This document shows positions 1 through 13,144 of a stretch of DNA of 64,000 bases, piece by piece. The notes under the pieces were generated by a model. It ran no database searches. It saw nothing but the letters and a program-made list of their open reading frames with translations, and was not told the DNA's origin. The translations under genes and the position numbers were made by a program. Origin of the DNA: the human T2T-CHM13v2.0 reference genome, Homo sapiens; the NCBI RefSeq assembly GCF_009914755.1, contig NC_060938.1. The stretch is one strand, 5' to 3'. Within the stretch, counting starts at the first letter, position 1. Each line of letters opens with the position of its first letter.

Positions 1-51
1 CTCCCCAATGTCGCAGCTGTATTCAGAGTAAAAGTGAGCTAATGGCTTTAA

Positions 52-88
52 ACACACACACACACACACATACACACACACTCACACA
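52..88. repeat. (CA)n microsatellite, slightly interrupted
   Basis: Direct reading: acacac...tacac...ctcacaca. Confidence 0.95.
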
Positions 89-477
89 ATCACCATTCAG
101 CTCAGTATAAATGTCACAGCATCAAATACCAAATACTGAGAATTATTAACGTAAGTGGCCTTCTATAATAAAGCTCATTATTAATAGGCCTATTAGCTCA
201 GCATTCATTTGAACCGACAGCAACTTCTTTCTACGGCAGCTGTCTGCTCCCTTTTTTCATCCAAGACCCCTTCTGACATCTCAATGTATATTAAGAGGCA
301 GATAACGGGGTGGGGGAATGGCAGGGAGGCGTGATGAAAGGAATGCAGATTATTTTAAAAGGGGGAAGAGAGATGGGGAGTTCCTATTTATCAAGCATGC
401 ATTAAAAAATAATGGCAAGCATTATTGAGCATATATCACATGCAGGCATGTTACATGTATTATTTTATCTCATTCCC

Positions 478-625
478 AGAAAATATAGAACACTGGTTAA
501 AATTAAGTTACAGATAAATCACATTAGAAAATATAGGCATGTTCCAAATATTGCTCCAATTAGATGTCATTTATCTGAAATTTGAATTTAACTGGGTATC
601 CTGTATCCTTAGTTGCTAAATATAG
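478..625. mobile_element. MER53 palindromic non-autonomous DNA transposon, inserted in a MIR
   Basis: ggttaaaattaagttacagataaa ... tttatctgaaatttgaatttaactgggtatcctgtat matches the self-complementary MER53 arms; MIR-like sequence on both sides (420-477, 635-700). Confidence 0.75.
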
Positions 626-1547
626 AGCAAATCATATTATTATCCACATTTTACAAGTAAGGGTACTGAAGCTTAAAGGGGTGCAGTCCAAGGTCAGCCT
701 TCACATTGGGTAAGAATTGCTGACCTTGAACCTTGTTCACTTCAGAACTCATTCCCTCCCCAGGATTCCCAGGAGGCTTCCTACATGTGTGTCAGTTACG
801 ACACACACAGCTCAACACAAGCTTCCTCTTATTCATTTTCCCAGAGGTTCATGTAGTTGTCTTTATTGTGCCCATTTTGCAGATAGAATTGAGGTTCTGA
901 GCTGTCAAGTATCAGCAGAGTCATTTTGGTCATTTGTCCAGCATTTGCTGAGCAGCTACTCAGCACCAGGTGCTCTGCTGGACACTTAGGCTATAAAACT
1001 CATATAGAGGCTCAGTCTTCAAGTCTTATGCATACAGTAAATGGAACAAGGCAAGTGCACCAATCAGGTAAGTGAAATGTATGATAAGACAAGGTTAACT
1101 GTCAGAACTTCCCAAAACAGTTAAGCTGCTGTGTCAGTTTCTCTTTCGCAAAAGGTTTCACCTGGTGAAGAGCTTTTGAGGGGCAGATAGTGTAGATTAA
1201 TTTTTTAAAAATAGTCTTAAAGAAAACCCTAGATTTATATATGCAAAAACAGTGTTTTATTTTTAGCTTAAAAGTATTATAAAACTTCTAGGGCAATGAA
1301 TCATTAGGTGAAAACTTAAGAAATTTAATAAATGGGGATCTGCAGAGACCAGTTTCATATCACACAGAAAATGACACGAAGAGATGGTCACCCTTCATTC
1401 ATCCATCTCAGCTCAGTATCAAATGATGGAGAGCAGATTATTTGACATTTATTAAATGAATATGTGTTAAACACCTAGTATATGTCAAGCACGATAATGG
1501 AAAAGTACACACCTGCTCTCAGGGAATTCACAGTTATTGCATACCCT

Positions 1548-1703
1548 TTCTGACCCTCATTTTACTCATCTGTAAAATGGAAATATGGGTGATGCTTACT
1601 TCACAGGGCAGTTGTGAATGTAAAATGAGTTAATATACTTAAGCTCTTAAAATAGGGTCTGGCACATACTAAATATTCAGTAAACTAGAGCTCTCATTAT
1701 TTT
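1548..1703 (+). mobile_element. MIR SINE
   Basis: MIR core ctcatctgtaaaatgg...gttgtgaatgtaaaatgagttaata...ctggcacata. Confidence 0.85.
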
Positions 1704-2696
1704 TTGTTGGGGGCTGATAAAATCACATAGGTCTATACTAACAATATATACTGACATTACAGTGTGATAAGGGGTTATTTGGGGCAGATGCATGGTGATG
1801 TGGGGCCAGTAAAGTCAATCTGCAGCAAAGCCATAGCGATAAATGAAGGCTTCATAGACTACAAGGTGAGTCCTTCCCTAAAAGGCAGGAGGAAAGGACA
1901 TTCCAAGGTTAAAATTAGCTAACATTTATTGATTCATTGATGTAGGCACTCTTTCCACATACAAGTAAGGAAACAGGCTGTAGCTTGCAGATTTGGGATA
2001 TGGACAAGTTGGTGTGGTTCTTGCTCCTGGTAAGTCTCTCTGGACTACAATGGCAAGTGATCTGGGGCAGCTGGTGCCCAGTGAAAGTGGAAGGAACAAG
2101 AAGGCTGAATGTGGGGGTGAGGCCAGATCAGGGGCAGCATCAAAACTCGTGGAAGCTGCTGACTTTGTCCTGTGAGTGACGGAAGACCACTGAATAGTAG
2201 ACAAGAGGGGGACAGGGGAATGAGTTGGTCAGAGTTGAGTTATAAAAAATATGACTCCAGTGGAAACGACAAAAATGACTTGGGGAGAGAGAGAGAGAGA
2301 TTAGTACCACTTTCACTCATCCCCCCATCCCTCTACCCCTTGCTCATATGCACACACACACACACAGAAAGAGAGAAAATGGAGGTATAGCTTTCAAGTT
2401 GTCTTGTTTGTGTGGCTATGAACTCCAAAGTTTTGGCAAATACATCTAAATTACATATATAATAGCTTTTTTTTTTTTCACCAGAGAGATCCTTCCTGAA
2501 GAAGGCTAAAGTGTTCCTTGTAGCCCAGGATTGATCACTCCTTGTAATTGAAACCTCTCAAAATAGTGTAACGTGGCTCTCCACTTGCATGATTCCTTTA
2601 AGGAGATGTTGAAAGCCATGTAGGAAATGGACCGTGCTTAGTCAGTTCCAGTACTGTGTTTGGATGTAACCAATGGTTGGTAATTTAATAAATGAA

Positions 2697-2855
2697 ACGG
2701 ATGGATGGATGGATTAATTAGTGGATGAATAAAAGAAGGGATGAGTGAGTGGATGGTGGGTGGGTGGATGGATGAATTAGTGGATGGATAGATGAATACA
2801 TAGATGGATGCGTGGATGAGTGGATGGTAGGTGGATGGATAGATGGATGGATGGA
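2697..2855. repeat. degenerate (TGGA)n tetranucleotide repeat
   Basis: Direct reading of ggatggatgg runs. Confidence 0.9.
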
Positions 2856-3432
2856 AACATGCATAGACAATAATGTGAATTATTAGGCAGACAGATAAAT
2901 CAAAAGTCTAGTGGATGGGATGCTGGTTTGATGGACAATAATTGATTAATGAGTGAACTTAAGGTTTACAACTTATTACTTCTGGAGGCTTCATCTTCTC
3001 AGAGGATCTTTTTGGTGAAAAACAAAGCTATTATATATGTAGTTTAGTGGTAGAAAGTAGCAAACTTCAGCAACTTAATAAAAATACATGGCTTCTAGAA
3101 CCTCAATCACTTTTAAAAGATAGAGAAATCATTCAGAAATATGTCTTCTTTTGAACAATAAACCCACATATATGTTGTTGAAAAAATGTAGATATATTTG
3201 CCAAAATTTTGGAGTTCATAGCTGCACAAACAAGACAACTGGTTATAAGTATTAAATGAGTGAACAAATATAAAAGCCCCTAGGATTATGCCCAGCATTT
3301 AGTAGAAACTTACTGATGGCTGAATATCAATAAAATTAGGACTGGAGCTATAATATCTAGGATATTCACCAGGTTAATGAACGCTAGTTGCTACAGCAGG
3401 TAAATCTTGAAGTCTCAGTGGCTTAACACCAT

Positions 3433-3806
3433 TGTATTAGTCTGTTTTCATACTGCTATAAAGAACTGTCTGAGACTGTGTAACTTATAAATAAAAAAGG
3501 TTTAATTTACAGACAGTTCTGCATGGCTGGGAGGCCTCAGGAAACTTACAGTCAGGGTGGAAAGGGAAGTAGGCACATCTTACATGGCAGCAGGTGAGAG
3601 ACAGCAAAGGAGGAACTTCCATATACTTATAAAACCACCAGATCTCTTAAGAACTCACTATCATGAGAACAGCATGGGGAAAATCACCCCCAGGATCTAA
3701 TCACCTCCTTCCTTTGACACGTGGGAATTACAGGTCCCTCCCTTGACAGGTAGGGATTACAATTTGAGATGAGATTTGGGTGGGGACACAGAGCCAAACC
3801 ATATCA
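3433..3806 (-). mobile_element. THE1D/MSTA-type MaLR solo LTR, inserted in an older MLT1 LTR
   Basis: Termini tgtattagtctgttttcatactgctataaagaac ... gggacacagagccaaaccatatca are the reverse complement of THE1/MST LTR ends. Confidence 0.9.
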
Positions 3807-4099
3807 ACTGCAAAGGTTTTTCTTCTCACTCACATTGCAAGTTCAACACCAGTTGTGGGAGATCGTGGATGCAAGGGTTTTTTCACACAGTCACTCAGGT
3901 ATTGAGGCTAATAAATTCATCACTGTACAGTCAGTTCATTTGAAACACAGAGCTGTGTGGTCACTGAGGTAATGGAAGATAAGAAGTGGTGAAAGCAGCC
4001 CTTAGCCTAACAGGGTCTACATCACCTCCTCTCCAGTCAATTGAGCAGAACTTGGCACAGGGTTGGTGTCATGTTCACATTCACCTTAACACTGCTTTT

Positions 4100-4482
4100 C
4101 TTGCCACCCTCTGCTCTGCCATGGGAGACGATTCTGCCCACATGCAGGGTCAGCAGGGAGTGCCTGAGAATGAAGACCTCTGATAGTAGCCCTCAGCCAA
4201 CAATGAAAGGAGAAGCAGCAGATAAACACCCTAGCTTCCTTACTGCTCCATCAGGGTGATTCTGAGGGTCTCTTTATACTGATTTCTAGAGTTCCCAATG
4301 CGGTAAGCTCCAGTTGACTACAGTGGAAGTCGGCTTGATACACCACTGGTTCTTGCCCTCACCTCTTCCCCTCTGCAGCATCACCAGAGATCATCTTTTT
4401 AGGATACTACTAGCCTATCAATCCTTGTCATGGGGTCTCCATCTGGGGAAACCCATATCATAAAACCATCCAACTCAAAGAC
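4100..4482 (+). mobile_element. LTR16-family ERVL LTR (decayed)
   Basis: gggagtgcctgagaat...ccctcagccaa...gataaacaccctagcttcct...aatccttgtcatggggtctccatctggggaaaccca resembles the LTR16 3' half. Confidence 0.6.
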
Positions 4483-4486
4483 AGTT

Positions 4487-4801
<315 letters not shown>

Positions 4802-5519
4802 AACTCAAAGACAGTTGCGTAGGAACTGAAAAGGAACACTTGGAACATTTGGAATCCACTGGCTTTGCCACACCCAGCCTGTCCAGTGAAATGACACCAC
4901 CCAAACTCATAGCACAGGGAGAGGTTTCTGCCTGTTCACAATCTATTTCTAAGTCCCCAGAAATGGTGAAAAATCGGAAAACGCGTGGCCGTCATGAATT
5001 GATTCTTAGTGTTGTATGTCTGAGTCAGCCACATAATGAGGCTTTGCAATCACATCCGCCCTCCTTACACTGATGCTAAGCTTTGATTAATGAAGCGATA
5101 CCCATGGTATGAATAGGAAAAAGGACTCAGGCCTAGTCACTTCCACTCAATTGCACATAGTTAGTGTGATACTTGATATAACATTCCAACAATTCCCTAT
5201 TCAGAGTCCAGTCTTTTTTTTTTCTTTTTCTTGTCTCTTCATATGACAACTAAGTCTAAAGTTATTCATCTTGGTATTAGGCCCTTAATTCCTGTCTACG
5301 CATAAAAGAGCAGGAACAGCTACCCTGCTCAGGGACTTAAGCTGTTACTTAACCTTGAATCTTTTTGGCTCTTGATTTAAAACCTTTCAAACCCTTTTTA
5401 AGAGAAAAAGGCATTTCTCATTCTAACATTAATATCTTCACTGTCTTTCCCCACCTGAAGGATGTAATACGAGGCTTAGAGTATGCGTATGGGGCCAGAT
5501 TCACCAAAAAATAACTGTG

Positions 5520-6400
5520 TACCATTCATTCATCCATTTATTTATTGCTCATGCATTCACTGAGCATCTACCATGGGCTAGAGGTCATGATGGTGGTTCT
5601 CTCATCCATGAGAATTGTGCAGCCTTGTAAAGACAATACAAAATGCACACATATAGCTGATACAAAATAAAGAGGGATAAGTTACTTAAAAATAATACAG
5701 TTCAGAGTCCGGAGGAAGGAAAGATGGCAGTTCATTGGGTATGCAAGTGTGTATGGAATCCAACAGGTATTTATTTATTCACTAATTCATTTAAAACAAT
5801 GTTGATCATCTCATGTGCTGGGGAATCTGCTAGCTCTAGGGAAAGTGTGGATGGATAAAAGTGACCTAGTTCTTGCTTACCTGTGATGTCTACAGTTTAC
5901 TGGAAAGGGAAGGTAGGTACTATCTGAAAATGTTAAAATGGATTAGTTGTAAGAGGTGTGAGGAGATGAGGACTTATTAGACCAAGGGAACAATGGAAGC
6001 ATAAAGCCACAAAGTGGATGTGGGCAAAAGAGTGAAAACAAAAAAGTCCATTTAGTGGGGTGAAATGGACTGGGGTTATGCATGAAAGGATATCATGCTG
6101 AAATCAGGGCTTTTGGTCAGATCTGGGAGGAACTGGCTGCCCATCCAAAGAGCATCTGAGATCATTTCAGCAAAAAGGCATGTGATTACAGGATTGATCC
6201 AGCAGAGCAAGACAGGCAAGCCATTAATGCAGAGAGGAAGCAGTTCCAATAACAGAAGTGAAAAATACCAAGACCTGAACCAGGGCAGTGGCCGAGTGGC
6301 GAGTGACACAGGAAGGACTTGAGAGGTATGATGGCGGCAGAGCCTGTGGGAATCATGACCACCAGGATACAACTGTTTAAGTCCACAGAGGAAAGTGGGA
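5520..6400 (-). mobile_element. L2 LINE fragments
   Basis: cattcattcatcc...tgagcatctaccatgggcta tail and purine-rich L2 3' region; boundaries approximate. Confidence 0.55.
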
Positions 6401-6409
6401 CAGAGATTG

Positions 6410-7045
6410 GGTGCTCACTGATACTGGTTCCCCTTCATCCTGGGCGCAAATATAGACTCCTTTTCCAGCATCCCTGAGAGATCAGTGTGGCCATGTGACT
6501 GAGTCCTGGCCAATAGAAGATGAGCAGAAACTTCCTGCAACACTTCCTTGCCCAACCCATAAAAAAGATTTTCACATGTGAGCCATTTGCTGCCTCAACA
6601 CCCATCAGGAGAATGGGGAGACCAGGCACAGAGAGGAGAGTGGAACCAGTCAGAAGGGGACAGCATCCCTGGGTGCCTGCCGAGGGCAAGGGTCAGCAGA
6701 CGTTTTCTGTGAAGAACTAGAAAGTAAACCTTCTAAGCTTTGAGGCCATGCAGGGCCTCTGTCACAGCTACTCACCTCTACCATGGTAGCATAAAAGCAA
6801 CCATAGACAAAGTGTGAATGAATGGCGTGTCTGTGTTCCAAATAAAACTTTCTTTGGGAAAACAGGTGACAGGCTGAATGAGGCACTTGGGTTGCAGGGT
6901 GGTCAAATCCTGGCCTCCAGCAAAGAGTTGCATCCCATTGACATCACTGGACTGTGAGAAACCAGGGCATGAGGCCCACTTTTGTTGGTTAAACTTCTGA
7001 GCCTTGTGGGTGGTTTGCTGTGATAGTTAACTTTGACTTACATAA
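6410..7045 (+). mobile_element. MLT1(I/J)-like LTR interrupted by MER58A
   Basis: tgtggccatgtgactgagtcctggccaatagaa before the insertion and ttttgttggttaaacttctgag...tttgctgtgatagttaac after it. Confidence 0.6.
6687..6912 (+). mobile_element. MER58A hAT-Charlie DNA transposon, full length
   Basis: caagggtcagcaga...ctactcacctctaccatggtagcataaaagcaaccatagacaa...gtgttccaaataaaacttt...cctg matches MER58A end to end. Confidence 0.85.
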
Positions 7046-8418
7046 GAGGAAAGAAAAAAGGCCATGAAACCATCCTATGTTCCTCAGTGAAAAAGTGACA
7101 ACCTATGGGATTTAAATAAGAAATGCCATCACGAGCTTTAACAATCCCTTGAAAGTGAGTGTGACTGGGGATGTATCAGGGCAGAGCACTAAAATGCCTA
7201 GAAAATCCTGGACGACACAGTCTACGAATACCACAAGGTCCCACAATTTCATTGCTTAAAAGTGCAGTGAATTGATGGGGAAGGGCCCCTTTTTGTGGCA
7301 CGGTATGATAATTGGAGTTTAGACACATTCGTTTACTGATGGAAAATTTTGCTGTCTGCATTCCAGAATTCAAAAGAAAGAAGGAAGGAAAGAAGCCTTG
7401 GATGTGAGCCAGATGGAGGAAAACTGAAGAAGTCTGTCATCAAGGCCTCAGGTAACAATATCATAATTTAAAAATCTTTCTAACAGTGGGGGAGTAATTA
7501 ACGATGCAGCTTCCACTTTTCCTGTTTCCATTTCGGCCAGGCAGAGTTCTCCACGTGTGTGTGTCTCGCACACGCATGCAGGTGCACACACATAATCGTC
7601 AGGGGCAGGAGAAGCGAGGAGCAGGTAGCAATAAGTTTTAAAAAGTGTATTTATTCATTTGCGAGCCATCATTAAACAAGGGCCACATATTTGCCTCTGT
7701 TGCGACTTGCAGGTTCCTTTAGGTGTTTTAATCAGTCTGCAGACTCTGAGACAAGTTGATAGACCACCCTGAACAATCCGCAGCGGCATTCTTGCAGGAT
7801 GGATTTAAAAGCCTTTCTGATTTATTTGGGTTTGAAAGGACAGAAGACAAAAGTATCATTCTGGCTGGCAACCACATTGACTCCTCTTAGAGAGACTTTC
7901 CCTCATGCCTTAGTGACAGGGAGATTTCAAGTTCCCCCAAATGCCCAGTGGCAAACATTCCATTACAAGGTCACCCAAGACAGCTTTCTTTCACTGAATT
8001 TCTCTCTGAGGTGCTCAAAGATCTACAATTCATGCACTTGCTCATTTATACTGCTGATCTAAAATGATTTCAGAATTGATCTGGCAAATTTGCATGAAGT
8101 GCAGTAAGAGCAAGATACCAATTTTCAGGCCACTTCAGCCAAAACCCAGTTGTACAGCCAGACAGCTGTGTGACCACTGAGCTATCACTGCCATTTCCTG
8201 AGCCTCAGCTTTTTTTCCTGCAGAGGTAGGCATTGAAGATTGGCTCAGATTTCTGTTTTCCAGAATGTGTTCCAAAGGATGTTAGTAACAATACTGTGGT
8301 AAAAGGGTTCAATGATTAATTATATCAGGAGTTGTGTCTCAGTACCACCAAAAAAAGGCCAGAAGTGACAGTAGGTTAAGCAAGATAGAAGTTCCTTTTT
8401 TCAAATAAAAGAAGTAGT

Positions 8419-9095
8419 GGCCAGGATGGTGACTCACTCCTGTAATCCCAACACTTTGGGAGGTCAAGGCAGGAGGATTGCTTGAAGCCAAAGTTTGAGA
8501 CCAGTCTAGTCAACATAGTGAGACCCCATCTCTACAACAAAAAAAATGTTAAAACAATTAGCTAACTGTGATGGCATGTGCTTGTAGTCCTAGCTACTCA
8601 GGAGGCTGAGGTGGGAGGGTTTCTTGAGCCCAGGAGTTCGGAGCTGCAGTAAGCAATGATAGTGCCACTGCATTCCAGCCTGAGCAAGAGGGTAAGACCC
8701 TGATATGGTTTGGCTCCATGTCCCCACCCAAATCGCATCTTGTAGCCCCCATAATTCCCACATGTTGTGAGAGGGACCTGGTGGGAGATGATTGAATCAT
8801 GGGGGTTGGTCTTTCCCATGCTGTTCTCATGATAGTGAATGGTTCTCACGAGATCTGATCATTTTAAAAAGAAGAGTTCCCCTGCAATGCTCTTTTTTTT
8901 TTGCCTGCTGCCATCCGTGTAAGACATTACTTGCTCCTCCTTGCCTTCCACTATGATTGTGCATCCCCCCAAGCCACATGGAAATGTAAGTTCATTTAAA
9001 CCTCTTTCTTTTGTAAATTGCCCAGTCTCAGGTATTTCTTTATCAGCAACATAAACACAGACTAATACAGACCCCATCTCTAAACAAATAGATAA
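8419..9095 (+). mobile_element. AluJ interrupted near its 3' end by THE1B (8419-8700 and 9070-9095)
   Basis: J-type ggaggattgcttga, catagtgagaccccatctctac; the Alu end catctctaaacaaa resumes after the LTR. Confidence 0.9.
8701..9069 (+). mobile_element. THE1B-type MaLR solo LTR with GACCC TSD
   Basis: tgatatggtttggct...gactaataca; GACCC at 8696-8700 and 9070-9074. Confidence 0.93.
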
Positions 9096-10648
9096 ATGAG
9101 TAGAGAGGTAAGCAGTCTTTGGCTGGCATACCAACGAACCCAGATCCTCTATCTTCCATCTCCACTATCCTTAGCAATGACTTTCATCCTCAAGATACTT
9201 TGTACTTCAAGATGGTTGCCAGAGCTCCAGCCATCACATCCACATTCCCAGAAGCAAAAAAAATGAGGACGCATAAAGCATGGTAGACAGGAAGAAACTT
9301 CTAAATAAAGAGCTCTTTTTAAGTAGTCTCTCCTGATGTCCCTTAGGACACTTCTGTTTTAATCTCATGGACCAGAATGTAGTCACATAACCACATCCAG
9401 CTGTAAGAAGTGCTGGAAAATTTAACTTAGCCAGGAGTATTGCCAATGTGAACAAAATCAGAGTTCTATTACGAGGAAATTTGAAGAGAATGGTTACTTA
9501 CTGGTGACTAATAATTCCTACCAAAGTGGCCAAAGAAAACTATAACATACTGGGTTACAGTTGAGTAGATTTCTTTACTGTATTTTTCAGAGCTTTTTAA
9601 GTGCAAATGTGCATTGTGACATTTCCAGTATGGGATATGTGTTTCCTAATTATTCGATTATAGATTCCCATTATTTCAGAGCATCGTGTGAAATTCACAG
9701 TGTGAGAAATAATTTTGAGGATAGCTGCATGCGAAGATCTCAAGTTTTCTTCGTTATTGACAAGGTGTTACATTATCTAGATCAGGGTCCCCTCTTCCTC
9801 ACCAGATCCCCCAAGAGAAATCCAGATTTCCGCTATTCTTTCCCTCCTGACAACCCTCTGAGTACTCCTGATAATCTCAGGAATTATTCCAAAGCCCCCT
9901 GTGGGCATTGCCCTCCCTGGTCTGAAGGGGACATATGAGTACCTCATCTCTGTCATTGTCGTATGTAGTCAGGCATTGATGGATACTCGCCAAGATGAGA
10001 TCATGATCATGTTAGGCAGCAAAGTCTTGATTTTATTCACATCAAGTTAGGTTATAATTGGAAGAGACCAGAACGAAGTGTCCCATTTTAGGAAAAGCCC
10101 TTTACGCAGCAAAATGCAGTGACCACATCATCATGATTTAAAGGGGACAATTGTGAATTAAAAACAAAACAAGTAAAAAAAAAATACTCTTCCACGTGTT
10201 CCCTTCATGCAAGGCCCTGTGTTAGTTCCATTAGCAACGCGATGATCTATGATGATGTCAACACACAATTCTAAGTTTCAAAGCTTTGCAGGGGCATCAC
10301 TGACCCATGCATACATGTTTATTGAGTCCTTATAATGTGTGAAGCCCTTTGTGCTTGTCTTTTAAAAACTCATGGGTCAAGCAGTAGAGAAGAATCCTAA
10401 ATAATTAAGTTAGAAAAGAGTTCTGGAGGTCTTCACAGAGCTGCTGATGGCTGATGGAGCGAGATGCCCAGTAATGAGGAACACGAACTCTAGAATAAGA
10501 CACGCATGGGAATGAGCCTTAGCAATGCCATTTCCTAGACCTTGAGTAAGTTATTTAACAGCTCTGCCTTAGTTTCCTAATCTGTAAAATGGAATAAAGA
10601 AGAGATTTCATTTCATAAGATAGAATTAGCTCTTAAACAAATCACGCG

Positions 10649-10928
10649 GGCCGGGTGCAGTAGCTCACGCCTGTAATCCCATCACTTTGGGGGGCCGAAG
10701 CTGGTGGATCACCTGAGGTCGGAAGTTCGAGACCAGCCTGAGGAACATGGAGAAACCCCGTCTTTACTAAAAATATAAAATTATCCAGGCATGGTAGTGC
10801 ATGCCTGTAATCCCAGCTACTCAGGAGGCATGGTTGCAGTGAGCCGCCGAGATCATGCCATTGCTCTCCAGCCTGGGCAACAAGAATGAAACTCCTTCTC
10901 AAAAAGATAAAAAATAAATAAATAAAAA
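10649..10928 (+). mobile_element. AluSp with internal ~32-bp deletion, inside a MIR
   Basis: Sp diagnostics catggagaaaccc, gcatgcctg, ccattgc, caacaaga..gaaactcc; right arm lacks tgaggcaggagaatcgcttgaacccgggaggc. Confidence 0.88.
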
Positions 10929-12401
10929 CACACCTAGCATCTTACCTGACATGTGAACATCCAGCAATGACATTTGTTGTTGTTAATGTTATTCATTCTT
11001 ATTATTTTTATGGCAATATGGCAGTGGGGATACACAAAGGAAAGGAGGATGGCTCCATCTTGGAAAACAGGGACTGAGCTACCACTTTACATGGTAAAAA
11101 CTTTAAATGATTTTCAGAAGAAAAAAGTGTTCGAGGAGATGATGATATTTCAGTGGTCATCTAGACCTGCCTGTCAAACAAAACATCAAACCTAGTTCGT
11201 AGTCTGGGCCATGCTGGTTTTCAAGTCTGCTGTTTACAGCAAGCTCCAGCCAGTTCCAACTGGCAGACATATTGCTTCAGCCAGGACAGTCTACACATTA
11301 GAATTTAAGTGATCCTCTCACTTGATGACCTGCCCAGTTTCTGTGGGATTTTTTTACCTGGCATATTTTTGTGTTTACACACCTGGCCCTATTCTGGGGG
11401 AAGATGTTGCTAAGAGGAGAAACAGTGGTGAAACCCTATAGGAGGAGTGAGGCCTGGACCAAAAAATCCACGATAAGGTCAGAAGCCAGGAAGGCAGAGA
11501 ACAGGACTGAGCATGGGTGAGGTGAGTGGACCAGGCCAAGGTGTGCAGAACCAGCCTCCAGACGCACTGTGCTGGCTCCACAGAGCCATTCACAGCTCAT
11601 CACAACCATCCTTAACCACTGGGCCACTCTGGGCAAGTGACTTCCTCCCTCCAGTGCCTCTAGTTTTCTCATGATGAAAGATGTGGGTAAACGACATCAC
11701 GACGGTCAGTTTCTGAATTCTGATTTCAATTACACAGCTCCCTAGATGCAAGACAGAAAGATTTTGTCAGAGGAGAGAGTATGTCTTCATCCATCGACCC
11801 ACATATGCTATCCAGAAGCTTCTGGGGTTCTTGGAATTTCTTGCAAGAAGTCCCGCTCTCCGAAGAATAATTCCCAACACCACAGTTTCTTTTAATAAGG
11901 AGTTACATCATCTTTTTAGAGACTACCACCCACAGCCTCACCACAGATGGATTGTTCTTAAAAATGAAGACTTTGGATGTCGAGGTCACCCCGAGCAATA
12001 CAGCATAGGAGCATTGGGTCCAGGCCTCCCACCTCTCAGCCCCCTCACTTCTGCCCACAGAGCAAACCAGCAGGACAAGAGAAGGTTTTCGCTTTTCATG
12101 CAAAGATGATTCCTTACTCCTCAGCTGCATTTCGGTGTTTACTGCACTAGGTTTAGCAATGCTTCACAAAACGCCTGTTCACAAAGTACAAAGAAAATTA
12201 AAGTGAGGTTTTTGTGATAAACATGATAGTTTTCATTTCCATTTTTAAGGCTTCTCGAGGATATTTAACTGATTTGTCCCACGTCCTGCACTTTGTTTTG
12301 TTCCAGTTCTATAATGGGAGTATTAATTGGTAACACTTTTCCACGAGGCCTGGAAATGATTACAGGAAAGAGTGAACATAAGCTGTAAAGTCCTCACTTA
12401 C

Positions 12402-12524
12402 CAGAGCCACAGAAGATATAGAGTTGCACATTGGAAAGCATTCTTTTCAAGGCAGCCTGTTCAAAGGTCTTGAAAGCAAATGTCATCTGGGTGGCATCTT
12501 CATGTGCTGGAGTCACCACAGTGG
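12402..12524 (-). other. candidate 123-nt exon of an unknown transcript
   Basis: Minus-strand acceptor ctcttttgcag| and donor CTG|GTAAGTGAG; one frame open throughout; no recognisable protein. Confidence 0.25.
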
Positions 12525-13144
12525 CTGCAAAAGAGTCCCTGGCATTGGCTAATCTCCTTGTGCCACATTTGATAGTCATTCAATTTAGCCAGTTTATCTT
12601 AAAGTCTGCAATTTGAGGATTGTCATAATTTGTATAAGTTTGCTATGAAGAGTAAATGAAATAGCAGGCCCCAGTCATCTAATAAGGACCCAAAAATCAT
12701 TCATACCTTTCTTCTTTTTCTCCTTTTGGCACAAGGATTTCATTTATTAAGTTATTTTTCCAAAATGTAATTCTTTTATTTACTTGAAGCCTTGAAAACC
12801 TCTAGCAGTATATGGACTGATTTTTCAAAAATTAACAAGCTATATCAAACATGTGTTAAATTTATAAAACCGTGCTAAGCACCATGAGAAAAAAAGTTGA
12901 TCCCTTATTCTAAAGGCACTTAGTTGGAATGGCAAAGCAGAAATGCAAGCATAAATGAGCGACTGTGAAAATCTGAAGCAGGATATTAGGAGGGGTGCTC
13001 TTTTGTTACTTGGGGTGATGGGTCAACAGCAGAATGAGTAGTATGTCTGTGAGCTCCTCAGGACCTTCACTTCTTTCTTTATCTCTGCAGCCCCCATGCT
13101 TATAGTCTATGATACACAGTGGGATATCAGTAAGTGTGTCTTTG

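Larger units (their letters stand above)
8334..9524 (-). mobile_element. MLT1K-like LTR in two parts (about 8334-8418 and 9100-9524)
   Basis: aagcaagatagaagtt; caagatggttgccagagctccagccatcacatccacattcc; gtagtcacataaccacatccagctgtaagaagtgctggaaaat. Confidence 0.7.
8254..9728 (+). mobile_element. MER103C DNA transposon in two parts (about 8254-8325 and 9525-9728), split by nested insertions
   Basis: gtgttcca...ggatgttag...aaaagggttc on the left; ctgggtta...tttctttactg...cagagctttttaa...atgtgcattgtga on the right. Confidence 0.7.

Noticed and set aside
1860-2036. Strong plus-strand donor motifs (AAG|GTGAGT at 1866, CTG|GTAAGT at 2030)
   Set aside because: Within decayed L2-like sequence with no convincing paired acceptor; several such motifs are expected by chance in 64 kb.
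3707-3761. ~25-bp imperfect duplication inside the THE1D/MST LTR
   Set aside because: I recall this as a shared feature of a subset of these LTRs rather than a local event; not verified.
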